Shown: positions 1-14,422 of the stretch, piece after piece
Layout of the letters: the number at the start of each line of letters is the position of its first letter
Position numbering within the stretch: the stretch's first letter is position 1
DNA from: Takakia lepidozioides
Lineage: Eukaryota; Plantae; Bryophyta
Reading direction: 5' to 3'
DNA length: 64,000 nucleotides
Assembly (NCBI GenBank): GCA_030704615.1
Contig: CM060731.1
Location: 72,602,001-72,666,000 of the forward strand
Notes under the pieces: generated by a model
Databases searched by the model: none
Told to the model about the DNA's origin: nothing
The model's input: only the letters and a program-made list of their open reading frames with translations
Program-made: the position numbers and the translations under genes

Positions 1-689
1 TGCTTTTGCTATCAATGTACAATATTATAATTAGGGAATTAATGAGTCAAGGTGCAGACTGCGGCATCTAGTGCAGATGGTGTAGAAGTGGTGATTCAAC
101 GATCAATCCCTTCATGATCCTAGCTGGCCCAATTTTCTTGTTGGCCTTTCACTCAGTCCATGCTCTCATCTTGGCAGGCACCCTAGTATGGGCAATTTGT
201 TCCTTGGATTTTGGACATGGCTCATTTTTCTCTTAGCTGCGAAAGATAATTTCCCTCAATGTTTCTGCGGATCAAATTTCCAACGTTGACACTGAAACAT
301 CCTCTTAACTGTTAAGCTTGTCAATTCAATGTGGGTGAACACATAGTTCGTATACGTGTTAGAATGGTTGCTCAGCTTCCTTAGAGGATACTGGATTATA
401 GTCAACTGCTTGAGTTGATCATACACCAGGGCTGTGTTCACATGGATAAGATAAGTTGATTAAATAGAGAGGAAAATTTTACCAACACATCCTAGGTTTG
501 GCAAGCATCAGCCTCACATATGTAGCTGATGCACATTTTTGAGCAATTCCTATCCTGGTTTCCATCTCAAAGCCCTTGCACCGCTCCTGAGCACTTGCCT
601 CCTTGAGAAGCTGTTCTAACAGAAATATCGGTCAGTGTTCCAATCGCTGCAGGGCTCATGAATCCAATGTTTGAATCATATACTAGGGT

Positions 690-975
690 AGCCTGTGCCG
701 TGGGCCCAAGTGTCCAGTGTCATCTAAGTCCAAGTGCAATCCCCTATTCCAGGAAAGCCCACTTTGCTATTTTTCACGAATTTCCAGCGACCAAAAGTAC
801 TTGAAATTCCATATCTCCCACACCGCAGGTCCAAAAATTATGAGACCAAGTTGGTGCACCCCTCCTCATCGAGGGCTTTCCACGATACCAAGTACCAGGG
901 CTGGGGCCCCGCGGTTTGGGAGATCTCAACGCTACAAAACAAAACAAAACAAAACAAACAAACAAACAAACAAAC
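690..975 (+). repeat. Short interspersed element-like insertion ending in an (AAAAC)n/(AAAC)n microsatellite
   Basis: Microsatellite acaaaac...aaacaaacaaac at ~934-975 follows a relatively GC-rich ~250-bp body. The SINE/LINE-tail interpretation is inference and the left boundary is approximate. Confidence 0.4.
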
Positions 976-1482
976 TACCTTGCTTCATATATTGATATCC
1001 ACCCTACCCTGCTGTTCTTTGTCTTCTTTCTTTCATCTATTATTCTCCTCCTCAATGCAGGCTGCTGCAACAAATCCCAAGAACCACAACCTGTCCCTCT
1101 GTGGTGGCTAGCATGTCATCATATTCTGATTCCAGCTCCTATTCTAAAAGATTAGGTATGAAAACAGTCCTTGATATCTGTGATATGTGAATGTCAGGAA
1201 TGGAACTAATTTAGTGGTGATGTAACCACATTGCAGTGTGATATACTGGTCAATGCGGTGCAATCTCTTCGAATACAAGAGGGGAAGTGGGTGGGCAAGG
1301 TAACACCTTGGGCCAAGTCTTTGGGAGGCAAATGGTTGGGATATAAAATCTGTTCTGGCAAAAAGTTTTGTAAAGTGTCTCCTTGATTGTGATTCTTTCT
1401 TTCTTTGCTGTTCTTTCAGTACATTCCAATACAGATAAGACTGCGCATCAATTTTGAGATGCTGGGTTATGTGTCCCTCTAG

Positions 1483-4400
1483 GTCAAGGAAGTTGAGGCA
1501 GCTATTCAGAGTTTCCATGTCACAAAGAGAGAGAAGACTGAGGAGCATGCTAGGGGTGCCATCGACATTGACAAAATGAAACTACTTGCGGAGCAGCAGG
1601 TAAGAATATCGTTTTGGAAGTATATTTGTAAGTTCTTTGATGAACATTTGTGAACCTTTGGTGTAAAAGGTTATCAGTGTACACAATATAGTACATTGTT
1701 AGATGAGATGTAAGCAGCAAATCATCTGAGGGTGAATCATCAATACTACTTGCCTGTGTGAGCTAGTATGATAGCATGCAAAGAAATTCACAGCTCAGGA
1801 GCTTGTTATGTGTGGTGTTTCAGAACTAACAGTACGTGGAGTCAAATTGTGAGACACAACTATAGAGAAAATTGATACTGTTCAGTGGACTTTCCTGTAT
1901 CTGTATGGTGTGGAAGATGTTCAGACAAGGTGGGAAACCAACAGTTGGAGGCTATTGTGGGCAGTCCAGGCAATGGCACCGAAAATGTATCGGGGCTCAA
2001 GAGATTCACCGAAGCGACGAGACCTTGAAAGCACCCACCATACTTAGGAAACAAGATGTCAGTAGATCTGTAACAGGTCCAGCCAACCCTCAGCATACTT
2101 GGTGGGCATGACGGTGCTGGAACTGCCATGTGGCAACAGCCAGGATGGCTGGTATAGTTTTCACTGACACTTAGTACGACCTGGCCATAGTTTAGTTCGA
2201 CTGTGTGCAAATGTGGTCTCATTACAAGTCTCCTGTTATGTTTCCTGTATGTCTTCTACCAGTGGAGTGAGTGCTCCTGTTGTTCTTAATCTCCAGGAGC
2301 GTGATGCAGGGGACATGCAAAAGGATCTGGAGGCGGCTAGCCTTGAAGTCGAGGAGTATCTTGGAGATAGGGTATGTGTCCGTCTCGGTACTTTTAGGAT
2401 TGTGCAACCCTGGTAAACATGATGGTTATATAAGACATGATTGTAAATGTATCTTTTGACATCTTGTCAAGTGCTTATGTTTTCAATCCTACTTTATTTT
2501 CTCAACCTTTTAAAAAGATCTTTCTGCGTGCAGGCATGTAATGGAACTGAGGCTCAGGAGGAGATGAGGCTCAGGACGGACATTATTTTAATCTATACTG
2601 TCGTATTTAAAGGGTGACATGGACTCCATGCACCTATTTGTAGCAAGCAAGCGACTAGTTCATCTGTAATCTGGCACTTGGCCACAATCTGTTTTTGAGC
2701 ACTGAGTACTGACTTAGGTAACCCAACGGAGGGACAAGGGAAGTCCTGTAACCATAAATTGAATAAAAATTGACATTACACATGAAGGTTGCAGCCCGAC
2801 AGTCGCTCAGCATTGAGCTATTACTTAGAATGATTGCTATTAGGTTTGGTATGAGAACTCAGCATGAGCTAGAGGACTGTGAACCCTGAATTTTTGGATT
2901 CGGGTTGGGGAACAGGTGCAATTGGACATGATATTGATGGCTAAAGCGTCAGATCTCAAGCACGAAAATGATATATTGGTCAATCGTCTGAAAGAGAGGG
3001 ACAGGGTTATCATACGATTGAAAGAGAGGGAGGATATTGTGGCACGTGTACAGTCCCAAATGCCCATCTTTATCCAAGAGAAGGAGAAAGTCCAGCGTCT
3101 GGTATATTTTCTGAACTTTCCCACAGAAGAAGGACAACCAGGATGGAGTTATCAGTAATTTACCAATTTCTCTGCCAAGAAAGTTTCTCATATTTTGACC
3201 ACTAGTGTGGCCATGCTTACCTGGCTAACTAACAGATTGAATTTCGAAGGTTCCTGACTAAACAATACTTTTGCTGGTCAAATGAATCACTTGTTAAATA
3301 CTCCAAAGAGGCTCCTGGGCCGTGCGTCCATAGTTTGTGGTGTCCTCTCAGGCATGAGTGTGAATCTCCAAGTTAAGTACTATAGTCATTCTGAGATGTC
3401 TAAATGAAAGGCATGATGCAGCTTAAGTTTCTCCCAAGTTGTCCGAGTGAGGTCAATCCTCAACATTGGCTTTTTCTTACTTGGGTGGTTTCCCTCAGGT
3501 GCATTTTAGCCCTTGTATGGTCATTTTTATGGGAAAAGATTGTTAAAGAGGCATGCTAGTAGGTGTGAACTGAGCACATCTCTCTGAAAGAGGGCCCTAT
3601 GCAGCCATCACCTGAGTTATGTCCTTGGGAGGCCTAGAGAGCCCATCAACAGAGGAGAACCACAATAGTGGAAGTAGGAAGAACTAAAACAAGTAGAAGT
3701 ACAGAATATCCATGGGACAAAACAAAACATCTAGAAACACCGAACTGTACCAAATGTCAGCCAAAGAATGGTCGTCAAGGTTGAAGGCCTGTGCTAAAGA
3801 TAAAGAGACACTATTCTCTGGCTGGGATAGGAAATGTAGCACACATAGGCAGCCCCAAATGAACTTTCTAAGGGAGAAAAACAAATGGTACTTGGTCTCA
3901 GGAAGTTTTATACCATTCACAGGAATCTCAAACAGCTTATGGCCCAAAGGAAGATAGATAGAAGCCCCCAACACTAAGAAACCTACAACTTGTTGTAACT
4001 CATTCAGTTTGAAGGCAACGTCTTTAGCTTTCTTCTTCTACTTGCATTAGGAGCCAAGAGGGAGTAAGAAAGAAAGTAGATATATTTCTACCAGAGGAGG
4101 CCCAGAGGGGGCTATGGGAGACAGTGGAATAACAGATAGAATGTACTCTTGAGACGTTGTTTGCTGTAGCCGTGTGGCCATAGACCCCATGCCCAGTTTG
4201 GGCGTGGAATAACAGATAGAGATTGAATGAAAGAAATATGTAACATCCATAGGGGGCCCCGAGTGCCCATTGGTGGGACAGAAAAAAGGTATTAATGTGT
4301 GTCCATATGGGTCCCAGGGCCCTTGGGAGAGAGGTTTGCTGAAGTTGTGATGGAGGTTTTCAGTTCATAAAGCTTTCTGTTGTGGAAATTTCCCCTTCTC

Positions 4401-7400
4401 CTCAGGAACAAAGGAGAGAATTAGTGCCTATCTCAAACAAAATGCACCCAATGGGATCAAGCAATCTTTGGGAAATTTGATCCATGTATGATGTGTATCT
4501 GCACAACAGTTGGTGCATGCGGAGGCTGAGAGGAAGAAAGCGTTGACGCGTGTCGAAGAGCTCCGGAAGGACATTGACATAAGTATGAACAGCTTTATGG
4601 TGGCCGAAAAGCTTGGGAAAGAAGTGGCTGCCAAAGTTAAAGAATCCCACTTAGCAGTATGCAGCACTGAACTCTGGGACTCTGGGCTGATTATGATCAT
4701 AACTATAAATTCTGCTATTGTACAGGTTTTGCAATCAATTCCTGTGGGTTCCACCAAATCCAATATTGGAGAGTTTTAGTGCCCGTCAAGGCTGCTCATG
4801 GTGTCAGCTGTCTGACGGTCTGATTTGCACAAAGTATCTCTTGTTTGTAGCAGTGAATCTTTAGTGATCATATGATGCACGGCTGTGTTCGTGGCACAAT
4901 CCGTGATAGGACTCCGGAAGTTGCCAAGGTAGAGTAAGTCCTTCATCTATGTTTGCGCTTGGATGAAATCTACTCAATTCTGTCAAGCAGAAATATTGTC
5001 ATCAGAATCTAGCCGAGTCCTGTCTTTCTCCATGACAGTTAAATCCAAGAGAAAATTGGAAGTGTTTTTAGCATGATTAAATGTCAGATGGTATTGTTTC
5101 ATTGGGGGAAAAGGTGCAAGTGCTGGAGAAAGAAGTAATGGTATGTGTAGAAGTGGACAGCAAGAGGAACCAGCACATCACAGAGCTTACCAACATGCGA
5201 GAACGGTTGTCCCGTGTTGCTGCTGTTAAAGTATAGTCTCTCACCAACTTCTTTGTTGTCTTGGACAAGACATTCTCTGAAAACGATTTGACTGTGCTAC
5301 TGTAACATCTCTTTTGACCCCTCTTTTCATTGTCAGACCTTTACGGACAAAACCTCTCTGTAGAATGTGAACATGGTTTGCTTGAATTCCAAGCATACAG
5401 CTTCCAGTTGTAATCATTCCCTCTTAAGAATTTCTTGGAACATACTGAGGTACTGAGGTCTATATAAGTCATTTTGTGATTGCAGCATTCAAAGTGGAGA
5501 GAAACCGTGGAGAAAGTAGGCCTGCAAGAGAATTTTCTGGAGAACTTCCAGAAGAGAGAGATAGAACTGCAGCAGCAATACAAAGAATTTACAGTGCTTT
5601 ACAATTTGGTCCGCAGTCAGCGGAACAAATATGCTGGCCTCATTCAGGTTTGTTGCAGTGTTGCTTTGACAATATCGTCCTCACTTCCCTCTGTTCTCTT
5701 TCAACATTCGATGGCTGCTTTCTCCTCATCTCTCAGTCTGTCAAAGAGTTCACAAATCATGGTTAGATCTTCCAAAGCACTGAGTCTACTCTGGGAGACA
5801 GGCAAGCGCAGTGACCATTGAGGAGATGAAAGACAAAGTCAAGACTTGGAGCCAGGAAGTGGAGCAGCTCCAAAGTGAGGTTGTTTATAAGGAAAAAGTA
5901 CTCAGGAGGATGCATACAGAATATTCAGCAAGTGTAAAAGGGCGCTCAGCAGTGCGCGATGAGATCACTAAGTGTGGGCTGGTTTTGAAGGAAAAAAAGG
6001 TTTATTTACTTTCAGCTATCTCTGATGCAGTGTGAGTTATTGACAGCCTGTTGCTCTCATGCAATAATTCCCTACGTAAAGTTCTTTGCTCGAATCAGCC
6101 TGGAAAAGCCCTTTCAAATGCCCATGCAACAGTCCAGCTAGTGGTCTTGAGTGTTTCTACCTGGCTGCTAGAGCTGGATATTCAGTTAGAAGCAGGTCAT
6201 ATTACAGCTTAAATTGGCCTAGCAGCACAGGCAGCTTAAATGGTGGCTCCTGTGAGTGACCAGGATGCATTGGGTGAGACAGTTTGTTGCGGAAGAGCAA
6301 GAGCTGGAAATAGTGAACGTGGAAGCCATTATCAATAAGGCCGAGAAGGATATGGTGAGGGCGCGTAAGATTTATGGTCTAGCTGTGAAAGATCGCAACC
6401 ACACTGGAATAGCTCTTATTGATCGAAACGACGAGCTCTGCATTCTTTATGAAAAAGCAAACGTTCAGGTCTTTATGCTCTGCCACAAAATGGGTCTGAT
6501 GGGTATTCCATGTTGCTGTAAGTGTAGCAATAGAGACATGCCACCAATGTGGGGAGCTGAAGTCTGTGAGAAGGACACCCTCTGTTGAAGGTTGATTTAG
6601 GATTCTGTGGCTAAGAGCTACTGGAGGTCTGACAACAGAAATAGAATTCATGTAATGAATTGCAAGTGACCATGCTTCTAATGAACTGGTAGACAGTGCA
6701 GTTTCTGATTGAACATCTAGATATTTTCAATTGGCACTGCATACATCCATCCCACCAGGACTTACAATGAGCTGTTGGTTGACATTGGTGATATGGCATG
6801 TAGGTGGAGCTGTTGAAGCATTCAGAAGTGGAGCTCACCAAGCGCAATGATGAGATAAACTACATGAGGCTGGCATGCAGGCTCACCCATCAATCTAATG
6901 TTACTCAGCACAAAACCACTCCTAATCCGGATTCAGTTTATGCTGAGTTGAAAGATCTCAAGGAGCAGGTATGCCTCTTGTTGCTTATCTGAATCTCATC
7001 TCCTATTTACTGCTATATTTGGAAGGTGTGACAAAAACCAAAAGAGGGAATATAAACTTGAACATTGGCAAGGTGTAAGAAGCACCTTGGAGGCCCCAAA
7101 ACCAGGGTGACTAAAGCCCCCATACAAGAAACCAACTAGCCTTAACCCTTCTACACAGACACCTAAAAAGGAGCACCAACCCAGTAGGGGCCAAAGGCAG
7201 CCCACTGTCTCCTTTGCAAATTCAATAACCAAGTCGGACTGAAAATGGAGGACAGTCTGTTATAGAGTACTAAGAACAAAAATATTGAAAACTGGGAGGA
7301 TATTGGATGGGAGCAGGAATCTAACTTCTAGGTTGGATGGGGGAAAAGATGGAGAAAGCCACACTGGATGTGAGTCAGCTATCAGAGTTGGTGGAGAAGC

Positions 7401-9890
7401 CCAGCAACTTGGCCCGATGGCGGGTTCTACCAGGGAGAGATAACACCACCCTCGAGTTAACAGGAAAAGAAGCTGCGATTCAGGAGTTTCTTTCTGCCAA
7501 GGAAGACCAGGCCTATGAGAAGGACCTCGTTCTTGAAGAGGTGTAAAGTTGCTTCCTTCCTTTCTCTCCTTAGCTATATACCATTGGTGTAAACATCTAT
7601 CTTGTTCATCGTATATATAATAATAGATAGTATAACTTCCACAGTAAGCCCAAATAACTTATCACCAAAGAACGAATTAAAAAGAAGATCTGATTTTGAG
7701 TAACATTTCTGATATCAATGACTAAATGCCTTGTGAAAGGATGAGTAGCCTCTGAACACACAGTTGTACTCCTAGTGAATCTTAATACATGTGGGAGGAG
7801 AAATGATGTTCTGTCAAGCTCTGTCACACCCTATCCTGACACTATCTGGAGACTGTGTGGATACCTTGGTGAGGGATGCAGAGAACATCATAGAAAGCAG
7901 TAATGTATCAGGGTGCTATTATCCCTTGTCTATGACATCATCATTGTACAACTTTGGTTTTGGGGTGAGGTGACGCTTTGGGCCCATGATGTTGCGAATC
8001 CATCTGATCAGCCTGTACCTGCTTGATTTTGCACAAGCAGATTGTCGAGCTTAGGGTGGCTAGGTTGAACTGAGATGGTAGGATCTTTATGAGACGCAAA
8101 TGTATTTTTTTAGTCTTCTTTCAGTCTCGAGCATCAAGCAGTGAATCCAAGCTGCACTACAGTATGGGGAGATGGATGCCTAGCTATTATTCAAGTAACT
8201 CCTTGATGTTTCTCAGGTGACGTCGTTAGCAGATGCTTTGCTACGGAAGACTGCCCTAGCACGACCTGAGTCCATCAGAATAGGCAAGCGTGTGAGTGAG
8301 TACCAGCGGCATCTGCACAGTATCACCCGCCAGATGATGGCCACCGTTTCAGAGCTCTCCCTCGTCCAGGTGGTACTCTCCTTGACTACACAAGAAATCA
8401 GCTCTGTCTGTTCCTACAAGAGAAGCTTGTGTGTATACTTGGTTTTCTTCTCACAACTCCTTTAAGAGCTCATTGCCTCATAATGCTGAACATAAGGGAA
8501 GACCTGGAGAAGGCCGATTCACTCAAGGTATGAACAGAGTAATCAAAGCAATACCTCATTCTCCTAGTAAGCTCTCAAACTCATTATGATAGTGACATCG
8601 GGCTCTAGTACACATGCCAACCAATCAGCAATGAATTGTGGTTGGAGGCAAGGTTCTTGACTTTTCCTCCAGCCAGATGAATTCCTTTCATCATGGTAGA
8701 GCTTCAGGTCTGTGATTGTGAACTGTAGAGGCACAGACTAGTTCAGACAGGCTATGTGATATTAATCCATTTTCTTCTTCAAGGTATTCTACTCCAATGT
8801 ACTCTCCTCTTGGTATCAGTCAAGAGCCAGTCAAATTATAAGTTGGCTCCCACCTCATGAGTTATGACCAGCCTTTGTGGAAGCTAATAGAGCGTACATT
8901 CAACCACAAATGGTAATTTTGGCAGGCAACAGCCATGAGTATGAAGCAAGAGAAGGAAACAGCTCAGGTGCAACTAGATGATGCATATATACGTCTTGAA
9001 GCTGGAGAGGTTCGTTCACCATTCACTCCTACTTTGCAGCTCCTGTTCCTTTCAGAGTCTCTGTATCTATTTGCAGTGAGTATTTGCTGTATTGCCAGCC
9101 GATGCTTGTTCCGCGCCCGTCATATCATATGGCTATTCTTCTCCTCTGACAAAGACATTCTCACCAATCCTGTGTACGCGCCAGTGGCTCTCTTAAGTGA
9201 GCAATTGGAGTTTCTTCTGGACTGCTTGATCCTATTTTACTTACCCTGTAAGACTGAGTTGTGCAGGCCCCGACAGAGGATGCGGAGAGGTTTTGGAATA
9301 ATATCGTAAGAGACATTGCACTGCTTCGCAAAATGGAAGCTGGCCGAAAGATTTTGCAGCAAGAGGACGAAAAAGAGCGAGAAGCTCGAGGACAGCATAA
9401 GCCCCAGTATTGTCCCTACTCTCTAAGCAAGTTTCTTTCTTTTGCTTCTAGCAAGGAAAATAAATAACAAATGATGAACAAAAGTGGTCCAGTTGTTGTT
9501 TTCACGCAGATTGATTCAACCTGTATGTGAAGTGAGCTAGTTTTTCAGTGGTTAGAATCTCAAAGGCTCGACTGCAGACAGTTAGATTTTGACGAGTCTG
9601 ATCTGGAAAATTGCCAATAATGTAGGCGAGGAAGAAAATGATGACTTGCAAATGAGAAGTGCTTTCCTTAAGAACTGAACTGACTTTTCAAACTTGAATG
9701 GCATCTGATGATTGTCTTGTCAATTTTCAGACCTGGGGAAAGCACAGCAGAGCAAAGGCCAAATGCATATGTTGCCGAGCAATTGGGGCTGCCCAAGCCT
9801 TTTGGGAAAAATGCACCCTTCCGACCATCAGAGCGTGGAAGTACCATGCGGCATATTCGAAAACCAGAACCACAGCCTGTTGAGACATGA
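1483..9890 (+). CDS. CCDC146: Multi-exon coiled-coil flagellar protein, CCDC146/MBO2-like; 5' end probably incomplete or outside the window
   Basis: Coiled-coil exons, mostly with AG/GT borders, at approx. 1483-1599, 2297-2371, 2916-3101, 4510-4620, 5088-5230, 5486-5647, 5800-5999, 6280-6468, 6804-6969, 7332-7541, 8217-8369, 8926-9009, 9267-9390 and 9731-9890. Recognisable motifs: [35 protein letters not shown], and C-terminal [40 protein letters not shown]. Confidence 0.75.
4140..4210 (-). mobile_element. 3'-terminal fragment of a dispersed LINE family (intronic)
   Basis: gttgtttgctgtagccgtgtggccatagacccc...ccagtttgg recurs at ~44275-44325 and ~46205-46250, and as the reverse complement at ~10910-10960. 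Confidence 0.5.
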
Positions 9891-10439
9891 CTTGATTACC
9901 TTCGAGAGATTTCGCAGGCTGTACTGGTTCATGTACATCAAAGGATGCCATTGGATGTAAGGACATCCATCTCTGGTTTGTATGCATGTGTACACATGAG
10001 TTGATCTTGGCTATACACAATCGTATACCCTGTAGTTCTTGTCCACCAAAGTCCAGTGTCACCTCTTCCTGTGACAGCTGCAAGAAGCTCCATGTGCTTA
10101 TGGCCCAGAGAATGGAACAGACAAAAACTACATCAATCCTTGGAGATGAATTGCCTCATGTACGCAGGCTGATAAGCACCATGCTTCAGAACTGCTCTCC
10201 CTGAAGACACAAGTTGGATCTCCCCAGGAGAAAAGAAAGAGTGATCTGTCACACTTTTTATCCCCTGGAACATGAATGTAAAGCCTAACCATGGTGCACT
10301 TCTCAACCACTTGCTAATAATGATCGCAATGAATAAACTGGTATCCATACCAAGCCTATACAACAGTGACTGTTTGTGTCCACTTTCTGACGTTTAAGTT
10401 GCCATGAGCACTCTAGGAAATGTCTCATTCTTCAAAACA

Positions 10440-10970
10440 CCCAGACAGCCACCAGTATTGCCTGACCCTAGATACTACCTCTATATGGTGATCAATCTGT
10501 TTCCAGTTTGTGACATGAGTGAGAACCGTAAGGATGATCTGAAGAGCCTACCCCCGGACTGAAATCTTAACTCAGGGTGGGGAGTATACATTTGAACATT
10601 AAATGGATGCAGAGAAGGGAGATTGTCAATGTCCGATGTGCACACAACCTCAAGACAATATCCATGTTTCGATACAATGTCCAGGGTATTCTCATCAGAG
10701 AGCAACCCTCTTCAGGACCATCCAGAACTTCCGTCCATGCACCTCTATTCACCAACTCTCAAAATCTCGAGGCTGAGCCTAAGGTCCTGGCCATGTTGTG
10801 GTCTAATTGCTGGGCAGCTTACCCACAGCAGATTGATGCTTGTGGAAATCTGGAAAGCCCAAACCAATGATTATAGCACCCAAAGGTAGTGTCTGTTCCC
10901 TCTTGTTGCACCCAAACTGGGCGTGAGGTCTATGGCCACAAGGCTACCGCAAACAACATCTTAGGAGTAC
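10440..10970 (+). mobile_element. Degenerate 3' end of a LINE (ORF2 C-terminal CCHC zinc finger plus 3' tail)
   Basis: One frame reads CQCPMCTQPQDNIHVSIQCPGYSHQR (CxxC..H...C). Similar over ~500 bp to 44265-44800 on the opposite strand. Confidence 0.55.
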
Positions 10971-11041
10971 ATCTATATGGTGATCAAAACTGTGTGCACC
11001 CCCAACCCTGGGGCTGCAGGAGAACCTCATCCAGCTCTCAT

Positions 11042-13438
11042 TTAATAGCCAAGAAGAAGCAACTTAAGCAGTGCCATACGAATATAAAGTCCATTCTTGG
11101 CCTGCTGAAAATAGGCAGCTCGAGGATCCTTGTCCACATCCACAGTAATCTGCAAGACAAAAAGCCAGTTTCTGCTATGGGCATATAATAATATTCATAT
11201 GGCAAAATAGTCCTCAATACTGTCCTGCAACAGTGGCATCCAGCACCTATACTCATGCTCAGATACGCCAAGAACAGATGAAGGATCAAATGAGAGTGGA
11301 AAGTGGGAGAGGGATGTACTATGACAGGGACCATAGTAACAGTTTAGGTCTTTCTGCAAGGAGTCAAAACCCCCTCATATATCAACAGCACAGTGTGCTC
11401 TGTGAAAGAGACACGTGAAAAATATAATCTTTTATGTAATGATAGATTTTGACCAAAGAGAATACCGACACACATTAGGTAGCTTACCTCATCAAGTCGG
11501 GGAAGGGGGTGGAGGATGACCGCATGCTCAGGCAACACGCTCATAACCTTAGAGTCCACTATATACTTGCCACGGGCCTCATTGTAGAGATCAACACGGT
11601 CACCAAAACGCTCCCGCTGGATGCGGGTCTGATAAATCACATCGCACTTCGATGCTACTTCCATTAAGTCCGAAGACTCCTCCCATCGAACATCCTTTGC
11701 TGTCAAGTAGTCCTTGATGTCATCCTGAAGTACAGAACTATAACTGTTTCAGCTAAGCTTCTAAAGTTCATCCAGAAGATAAGAGCACTGCTACACAATG
11801 GATCCCCTAAGTACCCCAAGATGACACATACATTGTTGACAGATACACAGTAAAAAGAGACTACTTCACTTGCTTAACGTCATCTCCTTTCTATCACTTC
11901 CTCAGATGTGACTGAACCACTAACCTTCATCTTAACCACCTCAGGAGAAACAAAGTAAAGTTGAACTCCAGTATACTTAGCCAGCAGATAAGCCAACGAT
12001 CGCACAGTTCTGCCATTGGCAAGATCCCCGACAAGTCCCACTTTGATATTATCCAGTTGTCCAATCTCTCGTTGTATCGTGTACACATCAAGCAATGCCT
12101 GTACAGCACTTAAATCCAATTTTAGATATTACTTTCCTCTGCAGTGTCCACAAACACGTGGTTCATGCTCTATTTCATATAAAGAACGAGAATATTTTCG
12201 TTGGCAGCTAGCAGAAGGAATACTATAGTGTGCATCGGAGATGGCAGTAACACATCTTCAGGTGATGTTAGTGGCAATCATTCTAACAAAGGACATTGCA
12301 CTACTTCCAGCCTTGAATCCCTCAATCTGTCAGACAAGGCTGTAACAAGATTATGGCATGAAGGCCAAAGATCTCTGATGCCAGGGCCTAGAGGGAGAAG
12401 GATGTGGCAGACCATCGAGTAGAGTCAGAGAATCACGACTGCTATTAGATAGAAGCGAATAAATCTTCCTCTTTTCTCCTTTTTAGATGTCTCGATTCAT
12501 CATGAAGGGATACACAGAAAGAACCTGTGTAGGATGCTGACCAGGGCCATCACCCGCGTTTATGACCGGTATATTGGCCACAGCAGCTGCTTTCTTTGCT
12601 GCACCACTCTCAAAATGCCTCAACACAATGATGTCCGAGTATCCTTCCACGGTTCTGATTGTGTCTGCCATCAAATCCTTTCTTTCAAGTTACATTGACG
12701 TGCCGATTGAGATGATTACACACACAGGCTTGGACAACTATTTCATCACATATTAGACTGTAGAGCAATGGCAATTGCTAATACCAAATGTCTCTTAAGC
12801 CGTTTTTCATGATACATTCTACAAATTCACAAAATTCCCCTCTCCAGCCTGTGGAATCTGCCGACGGTTGTCCTTGAATCACAAGCACCTCCAAACAGCC
12901 ACCACTCCCAAGCCAAACAAGACCACTGACAATCCGAAATCTGAGCTTGGACTTCACTTTCAGCGGGAAGTCCACAATGATAAACGCAAAGTAAGATTTA
13001 AGCACCTTCGAGGGTCTCGCCTTTTGCAGCAGACGAAAACTCACGCGCATTCTCAGTTGTGAGAACCTCTCCCCCTAATCTCTTCATGGCGGATTCAAAA
13101 GACAGCCTTGTACGTGTGGAAGGCTCATAGAACAATGTTGCCATCAGAAACCCCTTGAGCAGTTGCGCCCCAGCTGAATCTCTCTCCACATCTTCCATCT
13201 GCCGTGTTACATCAAATATCGAACTCAACAGCTCCCTGTCGAATTGCTGAGCTTCCAAAACATCTTCCAAAGGAAAATTTACTCTAGACAATATTTTGTT
13301 GGCTCGTTTTGTTTCCTTCAACAGACAAACAACTCTGGAACTTGTGCTCCTCTGCTTAATCCTGTTATGGCACTCCGTTCCAGTTATTCTCCTCGATACG
13401 AGCCCCAAGGGACTCTTGGACACTAAGCAGGACCTCAT
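11042..13438 (-). CDS. PYRB: Aspartate carbamoyltransferase (probably plastid-targeted), 5 recognisable exons
   Basis: Exons at approx. 13438-13006 ([21 protein letters not shown]), 12665-12525 ([19 protein letters not shown]), 12099-11924 ([12 protein letters not shown]), 11724-11488 ([18 protein letters not shown]) and 11149-11042 ([24 protein letters not shown]). Start codon uncertain. Confidence 0.93.
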
Positions 13439-13640
13439 AGATCTAGTTCGCAAGGAAATCTGTGAAATGATATCTTTGTGCGAGGATCGATAGGACGGTG
13501 GGAGCGACCCTCCCCCCTTCTCTCGTGTTCACTACGGATTTCACCTCCGGCATTCCATACCAAGATCCATCTACACCGTCAAAAGGTAAAGGTGGAATGT
13601 TTGCGTAAAGGATGCCAATAGATGAATGAAGAGCTTTCCT

Positions 13641-13654
13641 AAACCCTAAACCCT
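13641..13654. promoter_or_regulatory. Telo-box-like motif upstream of PYRB
   Basis: aaaccctaaaccct lies ~200 bp upstream of the PYRB coding region. AAACCCTAA is a known plant promoter motif; function here is not shown. Confidence 0.3.
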
Positions 13655-14299
13655 CATATAATTATTTCCATGGACTGACCGACGGTTGTGATGAAATCCT
13701 GTACAGCTTTATTTACAGGAAACATGAGGTATTTGAACATATGATGGAAAAACCCTGAAAGTTGCCAGGAAAGGACAAAGAAGGGAGGAAAGGGAAGCAA
13801 GCTAAACTAAACTATTCAAACTGATCAGGTTTGTATTGTACCCCACACTTCAAGCTTTTGGAGACCAGATGAAAAATGAAAAATTGGATAAATGATGGAA
13901 GCTGACCGAAGTTCTTGTTTTACTTTCTCCACTTTCCGTACTCCACACCAGTGTGAGAAGTGAGCGTCTCATTGTTAACATATTTCCCAGTTACTACAAA
14001 AAAAATTCTCTTTTTCTTTGTTGGCTCTCTTGTAGAGAGACTACACATCATGCTGAGGTCCGCAGAGAATGTACCTTACACAGTGTCAAGGCTCCAATTG
14101 GTGTGTTGTGCTGAGTCATGCCCCTTACTCTCAGCTTAAGGGGTAAGGAGTCTCACCGTCCTCTTATGTTTTGCCAAAGCAAGAGAGCCCATCGCCGTTT
14201 TAGGCTTGTCTAAATTGAACAAGGGACAGAGGCCAGGCTGGAAATCAATTGAGAAGGAACCGACCAAAAAAAAACCTCAAGAAAGCTGTATCCCTTGAG

Positions 14300-14422
14300 C
14301 CTTGTTCAAGTGGGTGCCTCATGGCGAGTTTACTATGGAAGAGGTTATTTTCTCATCACTATAATGAATAGGCCTTATTTGTGGGTGATCCTTCCCGGGT
14401 GTTTTTTTCAACAAGAAAAAAT
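14300..14422 (+). mobile_element. SINE-family fragment related to 30575-30775
   Basis: ttattttctcatcactataatgaataggccttatttgtgggtgatccttcccgggtgtttt matches ttattttctcctcactataattaagaggcctgatttgtgagttgtcgctcctgggtgtttt at ~30708-30768. Confidence 0.45.

Noticed and set aside
10535-10570. Hammerhead ribozyme core (CTGAAGAG...GAAA)
   Set aside because: Stems are not convincing, and the homologous copy at ~44715-44765 lacks the core (CTCAAGG).
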